A stretch of 46,178 nt of DNA from a virus (Duplodnaviria > Caudoviricetes), in the IMG/VR virus record IMGVR_UViG_3300012942_000067, positions 1-46,178 of that record, one strand, 5' to 3'. The position numbers and the translations under genes were made by a program. Below, one piece after another: positions 1-8,842 of the stretch. Numbering within the stretch: position 1 is the first letter of the stretch; each line of letters starts with the position of its first letter. The notes beneath the pieces are model-generated. The model searched no databases. It saw only the letters and a list, made by a program, of their open reading frames with translations, and had not been told where the DNA came from.

Positions 1-1
1 C

Positions 2-175
2 CAGCGACTGGAGGTGGAGGGCGCCTGGAAGGACATCTGGGCGATGCTGCAGGACCCGAAGCTGGACGCGATCTACCACGAGTGGATGCAGCAGCTGCTG
101 GACGAGGCGGAGGAGCTTCTTGGCCTCGACCACCAGGAGGCGATCGCCCGGCTAGGGAAGCAGAGCGGGCGGTGA
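2..175 (+). CDS. 3' end of a hypothetical protein (truncated by window start)
   Basis: Open frame QRLEVEGAWKDIWAML...GKQSGR ending TGA at 173-175, with high GC3. Confidence 0.6.
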   Translation, partial: QRLEVEGAWKDIWAMLQDPKLDAIYHEWMQQLLDEAEELLGLDHQEAIARLGKQSGR

Positions 176-419
176 GCGCGATGGGAGTACGGGCAGCCAC
201 TCTCGGACGGCGAGAAGTGAGCGTGGCGGCGCGTGGCAAGAGATGGCGAACGTTTGCCAGAGCGCCTCGGAGATGCAGCAATTGCTACAGAGGATGAGAC
301 AATCGGAGGCGCCGACTCATGGGCTGGGAAGACAGCCGGACGGTCCCGGCCCTACACTGGCGGGCATGGGCCGAGAGACAGACGACGAGCGCACTCCGGA
401 TTCGGGCGCTGAGGACAGC

Positions 420-1109
420 ATGCCAGACACGCCGGAAGGGCGCGAGTCGGCGCTGAAGAAGCTGCTGCAGGACCGCATCGCCTCCAGCATCCGGGAGCAC
501 GGCGCGTCCAGCCCGAAGGTGATGGACACGGGCGCCTCCAGCCCCGTCAGCCAGCGGGACCTGCGCAACGACCGCTCCTACCGCTCGCCGAAGTGCAAGG
601 CGCGTCGCATCGACGGCCAGCCCTGCCGCAACTACGCCGTGCCGGGGGCGACGGTCTGCAAGTTCCACGGCGGCTCCTCGCCGCAGGTCAAGCGCAAGGC
701 TGCGCTGCGCCTGGCGGCTCTCGTCGAGCCCGCGATCACAGTGCTGGCGCGAGAGATGGCGACGGCCGACAAGTCCGCCGACCGCCAGAGGGCCGCCAAC
801 TCCCTCCTCGACCGGGCGGGCATCGTGCGCCAGTCCTCGGTGGACGTGGAGCTGGCGAAGGCGATGCTGGTCGACCGGCTGAAGGCGCTGGCCGCCTCCA
901 ACGGCCCGGCCGACGAGGACCCGGCGGCAGCGGAAGGCGCACAGGAGGCGCTGGACGAGATCGAGCAGATGGAGGCCGAGGCCGCCGAGGAGGACACGAT
1001 CGTCCTGCACCCGAACGCGGCGGGCACGCACGACGCGGCGAGCGCTAGCCCCTCGGATGACGACGATGACGACGACGAGGGCGACGCCCCCGTCGCGGTG
1101 CCCGCCTGA
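420..1109 (+). CDS. HGGxS zinc-binding protein, probable terminase small subunit
   Basis: KCKARRIDGQPCRNYAVPGATVCKFHGGSSP motif, helical middle (RAANSLLDRAG) and acidic tail. ATG 420 follows GAGGAC; the ORF track start at 243 is likely too long. Confidence 0.55.
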   Translation: MPDTPEGRESALKKLLQDRIASSIREHGASSPKVMDTGASSPVSQRDLRNDRSYRSPKCKARRIDGQPCRNYAVPGATVCKFHGGSSPQVKRKAALRLAALVEPAITVLAREMATADKSADRQRAANSLLDRAGIVRQSSVDVELAKAMLVDRLKALAASNGPADEDPAAAEGAQEALDEIEQMEAEAAEEDTIVLHPNAAGTHDAASASPSDDDDDDDEGDAPVAVPA

Positions 1110-1351
1110 TGTTCCTCGGCGTGATCAAGCCGGTCGAGCTGCACTCCTGCCGCGTGCCGCGACTGTGGCTGCGGCGGACGTGGCTGGTGTGGGAGTGCCC
1201 GGTGTGCAGGCAGTGCTGGCGTATCGAGTGGCGCGTCTACCGTGACGTCATCGGCGGCGTGAGTGGCGCCAGGCAGTGGTGCCGGTTCATGGAGGATCGG
1301 CGCCCGAGCACGGACCCGAGCGACAAGCCTGCGCCAGCTGACGCTATATAA
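1109..1351 (+). CDS. small hypothetical protein with CxxC
   Basis: TGATG coupling to the upstream gene; WECPVCRQCW. Confidence 0.55.
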   Translation: MFLGVIKPVELHSCRVPRLWLRRTWLVWECPVCRQCWRIEWRVYRDVIGGVSGARQWCRFMEDRRPSTDPSDKPAPADAI

Positions 1352-1406
1352 ACGCTCGCGCGCGTGCCACGCTCCTCCTCGGATGTCAAATCCGCCCAGC
1401 GGCTCG

Positions 1407-1434
1407 TTAGTGTGTTATTAGTGTGTTACGCTAA
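1407..1434 (+). promoter_or_regulatory. 28-bp dyad motif copy 1, containing TGn-TACGCT -10
   Basis: TTAGTGTGTTATTAGTGTGTTACGCTAA upstream of the AAGGAG RBS and ATG 1475. Confidence 0.8.
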
Positions 1435-1474
1435 TAGGACCAAGCACGTTCGGATCAAGGAGAAGGAGACTCCC

Positions 1475-1615
1475 ATGGCCCGCTACGCCATCACCCTCGT
1501 CGCCGACAACGCGGACGAGCTGGACGCGATCGTTGCGGCCCTGCTCGACTCGGACGCAGGTGGCCGCACCCTCGAAACGTTGAAGGTCCGTCCGAGCTTG
1601 GAGGCGACCAAGTGA
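1475..1615 (+). CDS. small hypothetical protein
   Basis: AAGGAG RBS; MARYAITLVADN... Confidence 0.65.
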   Translation: MARYAITLVADNADELDAIVAALLDSDAGGRTLETLKVRPSLEATK

Positions 1616-1926
1616 CCGCCCCGCTCACCGGTCAGAGCCACCAGGCCGTAGACGTCACGCCTGAGTGGCTCGCGGAAGAGCTGGCCGAGAACTACGACAA
1701 CCTCGCCATCGCGGTGGCTGTCACTCAGGACGGCACGCTGTGGGAGCGCGTCGCCGAGTCGTACCCGGTCGTCCTGCGCGGAATCAGCCCGAGGACCGCT
1801 GCCGCCGTCGCCCAGAGCTTCGCGGACGCCGAGGCGCGCCGGGCCTACGACATCATCGACGTGCCGGTCGTCCAGCTGCCCAGCGCCCGCTCGGGTCGCC
1901 TCGTCCGCATCGGCGCAGGCCGCTGA
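1612..1926 (+). CDS. hypothetical protein
   Basis: GTGA overlap, GGAGG RBS. Confidence 0.7.
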   Translation: MTAPLTGQSHQAVDVTPEWLAEELAENYDNLAIAVAVTQDGTLWERVAESYPVVLRGISPRTAAAVAQSFADAEARRAYDIIDVPVVQLPSARSGRLVRIGAGR

Positions 1927-2123
1927 TGGCCCGGCCGCGCGCCTACCGGCCGAAGCCGGGCGAGCTGGAGGAGGCACGGCGTCACGCCGAGCGCGCCAGC
2001 GACCACGGCTTCGACCTGGAGCTGCTGCGGGCGCAGGCCCGCGCCACCATCGAGAAGTACGAGCCGGGCGACACCGGCACCACAACCGAGGAGGGACGTC
2101 ATGGCGAAGAGAACCAGGCGTGA
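1926..2123 (+). CDS. hypothetical protein
   Basis: TGATG coupling; MARPRAYRPKPGELEE... Confidence 0.65.
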   Translation: MARPRAYRPKPGELEEARRHAERASDHGFDLELLRAQARATIEKYEPGDTGTTTEEGRHGEENQA

Positions 2124-2670
2124 GCTGAAGCGGGCCATCGCCGTGCTCGCCGACGCCAACGCGCAGCTGATCATCCAGGCAGGCGAGCAGGAGGAGCGCG
2201 TGCGACAGCTGGAGGACGTGGCGAGCACGCTCAGCCAACTGCGCGCGATCGTGTTCCCGGTCGAGCGGCGCCTGAGCGAGCACGGCGAGGTGCCGCTGCG
2301 CCACACGGTCAGCCGCGTCGCCGCCGAGCTGCACGCGCTGAACGACCGGATGCTCTGGCCGAGCTCCAGCCTGAAGACCGCGACCGCGCCCAAGCCTGAG
2401 TGGATGCTGGTTGGGAAGAGCACGGCGATCGTCTCCTCGGACGCCGAGCCGCCGGAGCCCACCGCTGAGAACTCGACGATCGAAGAGCCACCACGGGAAC
2501 CGCGCTTCCGCCTCGATCACTACCCGTGGCGCGTGAAGGGCGGCAAGCTGCGGGTGAGCACCCGCTACGTGGAGGCGCACCCGGACGAGCGCGTCGACCT
2601 GCTGTGGGACCCGCGCCCGGGCTACAACCCGATCGTGCCGATTCCTGGACCGGACGAGCTCGATGTCTGA
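2101..2670 (+). CDS. hypothetical protein with N-terminal coiled coil
   Basis: GAGGAGGG RBS; operon context. Confidence 0.7.
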   Translation: MAKRTRRELKRAIAVLADANAQLIIQAGEQEERVRQLEDVASTLSQLRAIVFPVERRLSEHGEVPLRHTVSRVAAELHALNDRMLWPSSSLKTATAPKPEWMLVGKSTAIVSSDAEPPEPTAENSTIEEPPREPRFRLDHYPWRVKGGKLRVSTRYVEAHPDERVDLLWDPRPGYNPIVPIPGPDELDV

Positions 2671-2938
2671 GCCGACGATCGCCGAGCGCCTGAGCGAGTG
2701 GCGCCGGGAGCTGCAGTACGACGGCATCAACGCTATGCCCCTAATCAACGCTGTCGAGAAGGTGCTCGCCCTGCACGTGCCCACAATGGGGATGGGTTAC
2801 TACCCGGATGACGGCGGCTCGTACGGCACGATGTCTAGCGTCTGCGCGGAGTGCGGCACCGCCGCCGAGTACGGCGTTCCCTGGCCGTGCCCCACAGTCG
2901 CCGCCCTGGCCGAAGCGTTGGAGGCTACTCATGACTGA
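2663..2938 (+). CDS. hypothetical protein with CxxC...WPC motif
   Basis: Overlap coupling; LALH...CAEC...WPCPT possible Zn site. Confidence 0.7.
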   Translation: MSEPTIAERLSEWRRELQYDGINAMPLINAVEKVLALHVPTMGMGYYPDDGGSYGTMSSVCAECGTAAEYGVPWPCPTVAALAEALEATHD

Positions 2939-3641
2939 TTACAGCGAGCTGCTGATGCAACTCGAGAATCCGTACGACTACGGGTTCTTGCCTGTTCCTC
3001 AAGCAGTCGAGGCGATCCGTGATCTTCAGCGTCAGCTGGCGGAGGCGAACGCGGAGATTCAGGATCAGTTCGATTGGCAGTGCGAGCTCGCGGCGAAGCT
3101 GCCGATGGAGTACGACGGCGACGACAGCCAGGAAGCGATCATCGCCCAGTTCGTCGATGACGCGGTGGGTGGCTGGCAGGCGCTTGTGCGGCAGGGTATC
3201 GAGACCGCGAAGGAATCGGGTCGGCTCATCCGTGAGGCGCGTGAGCGTGCTGTGTCGGCCGAGGCGGTCATCGCCAAGGTGCGTGCCTGGGTCGATGGTG
3301 AGCCTTACGAGGTCTCGGATGCTCGGGCGCCAGTCGCCGTGGTTGCCCCGCAGGGCTCGGAGGCGCAGATGCACTTCATGCAGGGCTACCTGAGCGCGAC
3401 GATCCATGCCACCGCGATCCTGGCGGAGGCACCGTCTGCTGCTCTGGCCGAGGCGAAGGCGGAGGCTGTACAAGCGGCAGCCGACCAGCCTGAGGATTCG
3501 AGCGACGAGGCTCCCTCGCTTCGGGAGTGGGCCGAGGCCGAGCTGCTGGGACAGCATGATCTCGATCATCTGGTGGGCCGGGAGATCGAGATTCGCATCG
3601 CGGAGGAGAACCGTACTGAAGGCGGCGACGACAATGACTGA
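2931..3641 (+). CDS. hypothetical protein
   Basis: GGAGG RBS before ATG 2931 (MTDYSELL). Confidence 0.65.
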   Translation: MTDYSELLMQLENPYDYGFLPVPQAVEAIRDLQRQLAEANAEIQDQFDWQCELAAKLPMEYDGDDSQEAIIAQFVDDAVGGWQALVRQGIETAKESGRLIREARERAVSAEAVIAKVRAWVDGEPYEVSDARAPVAVVAPQGSEAQMHFMQGYLSATIHATAILAEAPSAALAEAKAEAVQAAADQPEDSSDEAPSLREWAEAELLGQHDLDHLVGREIEIRIAEENRTEGGDDND

Positions 3642-3924
3642 GCCCACGCTCGGCGAGATGATCCTCACGCTCCGAGCCGAGCAAGCTGAGCTGCAGCGTC
3701 AGCTGACCGAGGTCCATGAGCGCGTCGAGCGAGCCGAAGCGGCGGTGGCCGAAGTCGAGAGGCAGGCCGCGCAGAAGGCAGCCGAGCGGTTCGTCCGCTT
3801 CACCGAGTCGCTGCGCTACGGCACCGGTCTGCGCGGCTGGCCCATCGCCAACGCGGGGCAGCAGCTCTACCGAGAGCTCACCGGCGCGGCTGCGCAACCA
3901 TCCGACCGGGCCAGCCTGAGTTAG
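3634..3924 (+). CDS. hypothetical coiled-coil protein
   Basis: ATG 3634 overlapping the upstream gene end; MTEPTLGEM... Confidence 0.65.
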   Translation: MTEPTLGEMILTLRAEQAELQRQLTEVHERVERAEAAVAEVERQAAQKAAERFVRFTESLRYGTGLRGWPIANAGQQLYRELTGAAAQPSDRASLS

Positions 3925-3948
3925 TGTGTTATTAGTGTGTTACACTAA
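3921..3948 (+). promoter_or_regulatory. 28-bp dyad motif copy 2 with leaderless promoter
   Basis: TTAGTGTGTTATTAGTGTGTTACACTAA; TACACT at 3941-3946 lies 6 nt before ATG 3953. Confidence 0.8.
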
Positions 3949-3952
3949 TCCC

Positions 3953-4108
3953 ATGCGAAACGTCATCGTCACCACCGCCACCGGCGGAATCTACACGGTC
4001 CTCGACGCTACGGCCTTCGGGCCGGACGCCCTTCTCGGGCACACTGCCTCCGACCCGCAGCTGCGCGTCTTCCGCCTCCTCGACACCGACACGGTGGTGG
4101 CAGCATGA
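3953..4108 (+). CDS. small hypothetical protein (leaderless)
   Basis: MRNVIVTTATGG...; ATGA overlap with the next gene. Confidence 0.6.
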   Translation: MRNVIVTTATGGIYTVLDATAFGPDALLGHTASDPQLRVFRLLDTDTVVAA

Positions 4109-4773
4109 GCCGGGGCATCCAGCACCCCGACAAGGGCGATGACGGCTACGAGTCGCACCCGGCGTTCGCCAAGATCAGCGCGGCCCGCGTGCAGGGCTCC
4201 GGCCGCGTCCTCTTCGACTCGGACGTGCTCCATCAGCACACCGTCGTCATCCGCATCGACACTGCCGAGCGCAAGCGCGAGCTGCACCGCGACTGGATTC
4301 ACGAGCGCAAGCGCGTCGTCGAGTTGGAGCTGTCCGAGGCGCAGTGGGCCAGCTTCGTCTCCTCGATGAACTCCGGAGGCACCCCGGCCACGCTGCGCTG
4401 GACGCGCCAGGATGGCGAGGTGCCACAGCTGCCCTTCCAGCCAAGCCTGCAGGCGAGCATGGACGAGGTGCGCGACGCTGCCAGCCGCATCTTCGCCAAC
4501 GTCCAGGCCGCGCTCGCCGCGTACGAGGAGCACAAGACGGCGGCGAACCTGCGCGCCCTGCACGCTGCCATCACCAACGCCGATGGCAACGTCGCCTTCG
4601 CCGCCTCCAGCCTCAAAGAGCACGTCGAGAACGTGACCGCCAAGGCCCGCGCCGACATCGAGGCATTCGTCACCGCCAAGGCCACGCAGCTCGGCCTCGA
4701 CCCGGCCACCGTCGCCGCGCTGCAGCTGGGCGTTGCCACCGCCGACAGCTCCGAGCAGGAGGCCACCTCGTGA
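4105..4773 (+). CDS. hypothetical phage protein
   Basis: 222-aa ORF with high GC3, coupled on both sides. Confidence 0.75.
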   Translation: MSRGIQHPDKGDDGYESHPAFAKISAARVQGSGRVLFDSDVLHQHTVVIRIDTAERKRELHRDWIHERKRVVELELSEAQWASFVSSMNSGGTPATLRWTRQDGEVPQLPFQPSLQASMDEVRDAASRIFANVQAALAAYEEHKTAANLRALHAAITNADGNVAFAASSLKEHVENVTAKARADIEAFVTAKATQLGLDPATVAALQLGVATADSSEQEATS

Positions 4774-4961
4774 ACAGTCAGGCCGACGACCTGCGCCTGA
4801 CGGCCGACAATCTGCAGCGCTGGCAGGGGCACGATCACTACCCGGCGAGCGGGCGCCTGCGCCGAGCTGCTGACACGATCGACGCGCAGGCTAAGACGGT
4901 CGCATCCCTGCAGCGCGAGCTCGACTATCTGCGCATCCTGGCCGAGGCGGCCGATGCCTGA
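4770..4961 (+). CDS. hypothetical protein
   Basis: GGAGG RBS, GTGA overlap; MNSQADDLR... Confidence 0.6.
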   Translation: MNSQADDLRLTADNLQRWQGHDHYPASGRLRRAADTIDAQAKTVASLQRELDYLRILAEAADA

Positions 4962-5319
4962 GTTCAACTCCGGCTACCGTGCCGCCGTCGGCCTGCCGCT
5001 GGCGAATCATGACCCGGAACCATACCTCTGGGAGAGCGGCGGTCGCACAGATGCGCCGAGTAGGTGGGGTGGTAGCAGGAATGGTCGCTACCGCCCGCGC
5101 CGCAAGTTCGACATGCCGGACAATCCGATCCTCGTCAGCTACCGCCACGACATCGCCAGCCGCGGCGACGACGCGTACTGGGGCGACAGCTGGGATTCCT
5201 ACGTGATGTGGCTCGACCTCGCCCGGGCGAGCGATCAGTACTGTCAAGAGCGCGGCTTCACCCAGGCGATGCTGGACCACGCCCGTCGCGTGCTGGCGAA
5301 GCTGGCTGCGCTCGCGTGA
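4954..5319 (+). CDS. hypothetical protein
   Basis: Overlap coupling, GAGG RBS. Confidence 0.6.
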   Translation: MPEFNSGYRAAVGLPLANHDPEPYLWESGGRTDAPSRWGGSRNGRYRPRRKFDMPDNPILVSYRHDIASRGDDAYWGDSWDSYVMWLDLARASDQYCQERGFTQAMLDHARRVLAKLAALA

Positions 5320-5369
5320 CTGCCGAGCCGACCGCTCACCCGCTACGCTGAGCGTTGAAAGGGGCCACC

Positions 5370-6221
5370 ATGACTTTGCCGACCGATCCCACCGTGCACT
5401 CCGCCGTCACCGGCACCCCGCCGTACACCCTCGCCGCGCGCAAGCTGGAGTACCGGAGGCTGAAGGACCTGCCCGCCGACCCTCGCAATCCGAAGGCGCA
5501 TGACCTGGGCAGCATCCGGGCGTCCCTGGAGCGGTTCGGGTTCCTGGAGCCGGTGGTGCTGGACGGTCGCACCGGCTACCTCATCTCGGGGCACGGCCGC
5601 GTGCAGGCGCTGCTCGCCATGGAGGAGGACGCGCAGGCTGCCTCCGCCGACGCCGTGCTGGCTGCGCCGGAGGGCGTAGTCGTGGACGAGGGCGGCCGGT
5701 GGACGGTGCCCGTCGCCTCCGGCTGGGCGTCCGCCGACGACTACGAGGCACGTGCCGCGCTCATCGCCCTCAACCGCACCTCCGAGCTGGGAGGGTGGGT
5801 CGACGACGCACTCCTGGAGCTGCTCGGCGAGCTGGACGACGAGCCGATGGGGCACGGCCTGACCGGCGTCGGCTTCTCGGAGGCGGACCTGGACGCGCTC
5901 GCCGCCGCGCTCGCCGAGGCTGGCGACGGGATCGACCTGGACGGCCTGGCTGCCCCTGACGCAGCCCCCGACCACGGCTACGGCGACGGCACGCCGACCG
6001 ACGACGCCGAAGACCTGGAGGACGACGCCCCGCAGACCTTGGAGGAGGCGCAGAAGCGCGCCAAGGGCGCCAACGCGTCCGCGCGCGTGAAGCCCGAGGC
6101 GACGATCAAGCTCACCCTCACCTCCCTCGCTCAGCGCTGGAAGGGGTTCCGCGAGGACTACGCCAGCGACGACGCGGCCCTGGTCGCCCTGTTCGAGGCA
6201 GCCGACAAGGGGAACGTCTGA
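5370..6221 (+). CDS. ParB/Srx-like domain protein (paralog 1)
   Basis: LPADPRNPKAHD...SLERFGFLEPVVLD...LISGHGRVQAL...ALIALNR, the ParB-N signature. AAAGGGG RBS and TACGCT -10 upstream. Confidence 0.85.
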   Translation: MTLPTDPTVHSAVTGTPPYTLAARKLEYRRLKDLPADPRNPKAHDLGSIRASLERFGFLEPVVLDGRTGYLISGHGRVQALLAMEEDAQAASADAVLAAPEGVVVDEGGRWTVPVASGWASADDYEARAALIALNRTSELGGWVDDALLELLGELDDEPMGHGLTGVGFSEADLDALAAALAEAGDGIDLDGLAAPDAAPDHGYGDGTPTDDAEDLEDDAPQTLEEAQKRAKGANASARVKPEATIKLTLTSLAQRWKGFREDYASDDAALVALFEAADKGNV

Positions 6222-6871
6222 TGCCGCGCTTCGACGCCTTCGACTCGGGCCTGTCAGACTTCTCGGCCGAGGCTCTGGGCCTGGCGCCGGTCGACGCGGC
6301 GAGCGCGGCCGACGCCGAGCATCTGGAGCCGACCCACCCCCTGCACGTCCTGGACTGGCAGGCGCTGGTGGAGGCGGCCGAAGGGCTGGCGAAGCAGATC
6401 GCCGAGTCGTCCGACGAGCCACCGGTCGCGATCCTGACGCTCGCGCGCGGTGGCCTCCCGCTCGCCACTGTCCTCGCCCACCTGCTGGACATCCGCGAGC
6501 TCTCGGTCATCCAGCGCATGAGCTATTCGGGCGGCGCGAAGGCGGGCGCTCCCCTGACGCCGACCGAGCGCGACGCCTTCTCGGCTTCCCGCGCGGCCTC
6601 TCGCGTGACGGTGCAGGCCGTCGAGCGCTCCCTGCGCCACTACTCACAGACGCATGACGGCCGCGGCTCGGTGCTGGTGGTGGACGACATCGCCGACTCC
6701 GGCGCCTCGCTGCAGGAGACGGTGGACTTCCTGCTGCATGAAGGCGTCCCCGCCACCCGCATCCATACGGCCGTGTGGGTCTACAAGCCCTCCTCGGTCG
6801 TGACTCCCCGCTACTACCACGCGATGGTGGACCCGAGCATCTGGGTCGTATTTCCCTGGGAAAGGAACTGA
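6221..6871 (+). CDS. type I phosphoribosyltransferase (Gpt/xanthine-guanine PRT-like)
   Basis: PRPP-binding loop VLVVDDIADSGASL, LARGGLPLA and C-terminal WVVFPWE. Confidence 0.85.
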   Translation: MPRFDAFDSGLSDFSAEALGLAPVDAASAADAEHLEPTHPLHVLDWQALVEAAEGLAKQIAESSDEPPVAILTLARGGLPLATVLAHLLDIRELSVIQRMSYSGGAKAGAPLTPTERDAFSASRAASRVTVQAVERSLRHYSQTHDGRGSVLVVDDIADSGASLQETVDFLLHEGVPATRIHTAVWVYKPSSVVTPRYYHAMVDPSIWVVFPWERN

Positions 6872-6872
6872 C

Positions 6873-7775
6873 ATGACCGACAGCAACGACTCCGAGATCG
6901 AGCTGGACCTGAGCGGCTACGACGCCGACGCGGCGGCTGCCGCGACGACCGCGCCGACGGAGCGCCGCATCGCCTACGTGCCGCTGGAGGAGCTGAAGGC
7001 GGACCCGCGCAACCCGAAGGCGCACGACCTGGAGACGATCGACAAGTCCGTCGCGCGCTTCGGCGTCGTCGACACGATCACCCGCGATGAGCGCACCGGC
7101 TTCATCGTCTCCGGCCACGGCCGCACCGAGACGCTCCGCGCCATGCATAAGCGCGGCGAGGCGGCGCCGGATGGCGTGCGGGTCGACCCGAAGACCGGGA
7201 GGTGGTTGGTGCCGGTCACCGTCGGCTGGGCGTCCAAGTCGGACACCGAGGCGGCGGCGGCGCTGATCGCGCTGAACCGGACGACGGAGCTCGGCGGCTG
7301 GGTGGACGAGAGCCTGCTGCAGCTGCTGGCCGACCTGGGCAACGCGCCGGAGACCGGCGAGGACCTGTTCGCGGGCGTCGGCTTCGACCTGGCAGACCTG
7401 GACGATCTGCGCGCGGCCGCCGACGAGCAGACCTTCTCGGGTGACCTGACCGAGGAGGCCGCCGAGCTGCGGCAGGACCTCGGCCACGACGACAGCGGCA
7501 CGCCCGACGGCGCCGAGGACCAAGGACGGCGCTTGGTGGTGCTGGACTACTCGCTGGAGGAGTTCGACCTGGTGGCACCGCGCGTGCGCGCGCTGCGGAT
7601 GCGCCTGGGAGCGTCGTCCAACGCAGAGGCGATCATGCAGCACTTGCTGAAGCTCATCTCGGACGAGGAGCTCGCCGCCGTCAGCGAGGAAGCCACGCCC
7701 GACGCCGGTGACGGCGCGGATTATGCTGAAGTGGAGGTCAGCACCTCTCACCGCGGAGACGAGGAGAACTCATGA
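6873..7775 (+). CDS. ParB/Srx-like domain protein (paralog 2)
   Basis: LKADPRNPKAHD...IVSGHGRTETL...ALIALNRTTELGGWVD; clearly similar to 5370-6221. Confidence 0.85.
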   Translation: MTDSNDSEIELDLSGYDADAAAAATTAPTERRIAYVPLEELKADPRNPKAHDLETIDKSVARFGVVDTITRDERTGFIVSGHGRTETLRAMHKRGEAAPDGVRVDPKTGRWLVPVTVGWASKSDTEAAAALIALNRTTELGGWVDESLLQLLADLGNAPETGEDLFAGVGFDLADLDDLRAAADEQTFSGDLTEEAAELRQDLGHDDSGTPDGAEDQGRRLVVLDYSLEEFDLVAPRVRALRMRLGASSNAEAIMQHLLKLISDEELAAVSEEATPDAGDGADYAEVEVSTSHRGDEENS

Positions 7776-8839
7776 CGTACGTGCCGGTCGAACTGCAGTC
7801 GCAGGATTCCGCTTCCGCCGAAGCTCGCCAGGCCGACGACCCGCGAGCGGTGGCGCTGGTCGCCGCAGCCGCGGACTCCATCGCGAAGCTGCCGCGGCGC
7901 ACGCTGCGGCGCGTGATGGCGGCTGAGGAGGCCCGTGAGCTCATCGGCGAGCGCGTGCCGAAGGTGGACGCCACCGCCGAGATGATGGGCGGCGGACTGT
8001 GGCTCGACGAAGAGACCGGCCAGCCGGTGCTGGCGATCTTCCCGTGCCTGGAGCTGAGCGTGCTGCGCGCCGCCGTGCTCTCCAGCCAGGGCGCCTTCGG
8101 CCAGAACACCCCTCGAATCAACATGGGCTTCAGCAACAAGTCCGTCACCTTCGGCTACCGCCCGCGCAAGCCCATGATGGGCCAGGAAGGCTGCGTGCTG
8201 ACGGCGTTCAATCGCGACTACGCCACCACCGCGGACTTCCTCTCGCACTACAGCGAGGTGCTCGCGCTGCAGCTGGGCGCCGCGTTCCCTGAGGTCGAGG
8301 TGATGGGCCGCGATGTGATCGACCGCGTGCTGCCGGACTGGCGGCTGAGCAAGTCCAGCTTGTGGACCTCGGGCGTGATCAACAAAGAGAGCGCGCTGCC
8401 GTACCACCAGGACCGTAACAACTTCGAGGCGTGGTCCGTCATGCCCGTTATCCGGCGCGGCGTCACCGGCGGCTTCCTGCACATCCCGGAGTACGGCATC
8501 GCAGTGCCCGCGCGCGACGGCTACGCCGTGGCGTTCTACGGCAAGGGCCTGGTGCACGGGGTGACGCCGATGAAGAAGACGAAGGCCGACGGCTACCGCA
8601 TTTCCATCGTCTACTACGCGCTGCAGGGCCTGAAGGACTGCCACACCTACGCCGAGGAGACCGCGTACGCCCGTGAGCGCCGCTCGCAGCGCGAGGACGA
8701 GATGATCGGGCGCGCCGCCCTCAGCGCCGACCAGCGGAAGATCCCGAACATCTCCTCGGCCAGCGGCGACGACGGCATGAAGATGTCGGCGAAGGCCCTG
8801 GAGCGCGCCGCAGCACGCCGCTCCAAGCAGGAGAGCTGA
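7772..8839 (+). CDS. TET/JBP-family 2OG-Fe(II) dioxygenase
   Basis: TSGVIN...YHQDRNN (HxD)...GGFLHIPEY...LVHGVTP (distal His)...RISIVYY (2OG-binding Arg). Confidence 0.85.
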   Translation: MTYVPVELQSQDSASAEARQADDPRAVALVAAAADSIAKLPRRTLRRVMAAEEARELIGERVPKVDATAEMMGGGLWLDEETGQPVLAIFPCLELSVLRAAVLSSQGAFGQNTPRINMGFSNKSVTFGYRPRKPMMGQEGCVLTAFNRDYATTADFLSHYSEVLALQLGAAFPEVEVMGRDVIDRVLPDWRLSKSSLWTSGVINKESALPYHQDRNNFEAWSVMPVIRRGVTGGFLHIPEYGIAVPARDGYAVAFYGKGLVHGVTPMKKTKADGYRISIVYYALQGLKDCHTYAEETAYARERRSQREDEMIGRAALSADQRKIPNISSASGDDGMKMSAKALERAAARRSKQES

Positions 8840-8842
8840 CAG

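Noticed and set aside
5370-7775. Plasmid or prophage partition system
   Set aside because: No ParA, and the context is a DNA modification-terminase operon
7772-8839. 5mC-to-5hmC pathway
   Set aside because: No C5-methyltransferase in the window, and the neighbours are 5hmU-pathway enzymes. Disfavoured but not excluded, since a methylase could lie elsewhere
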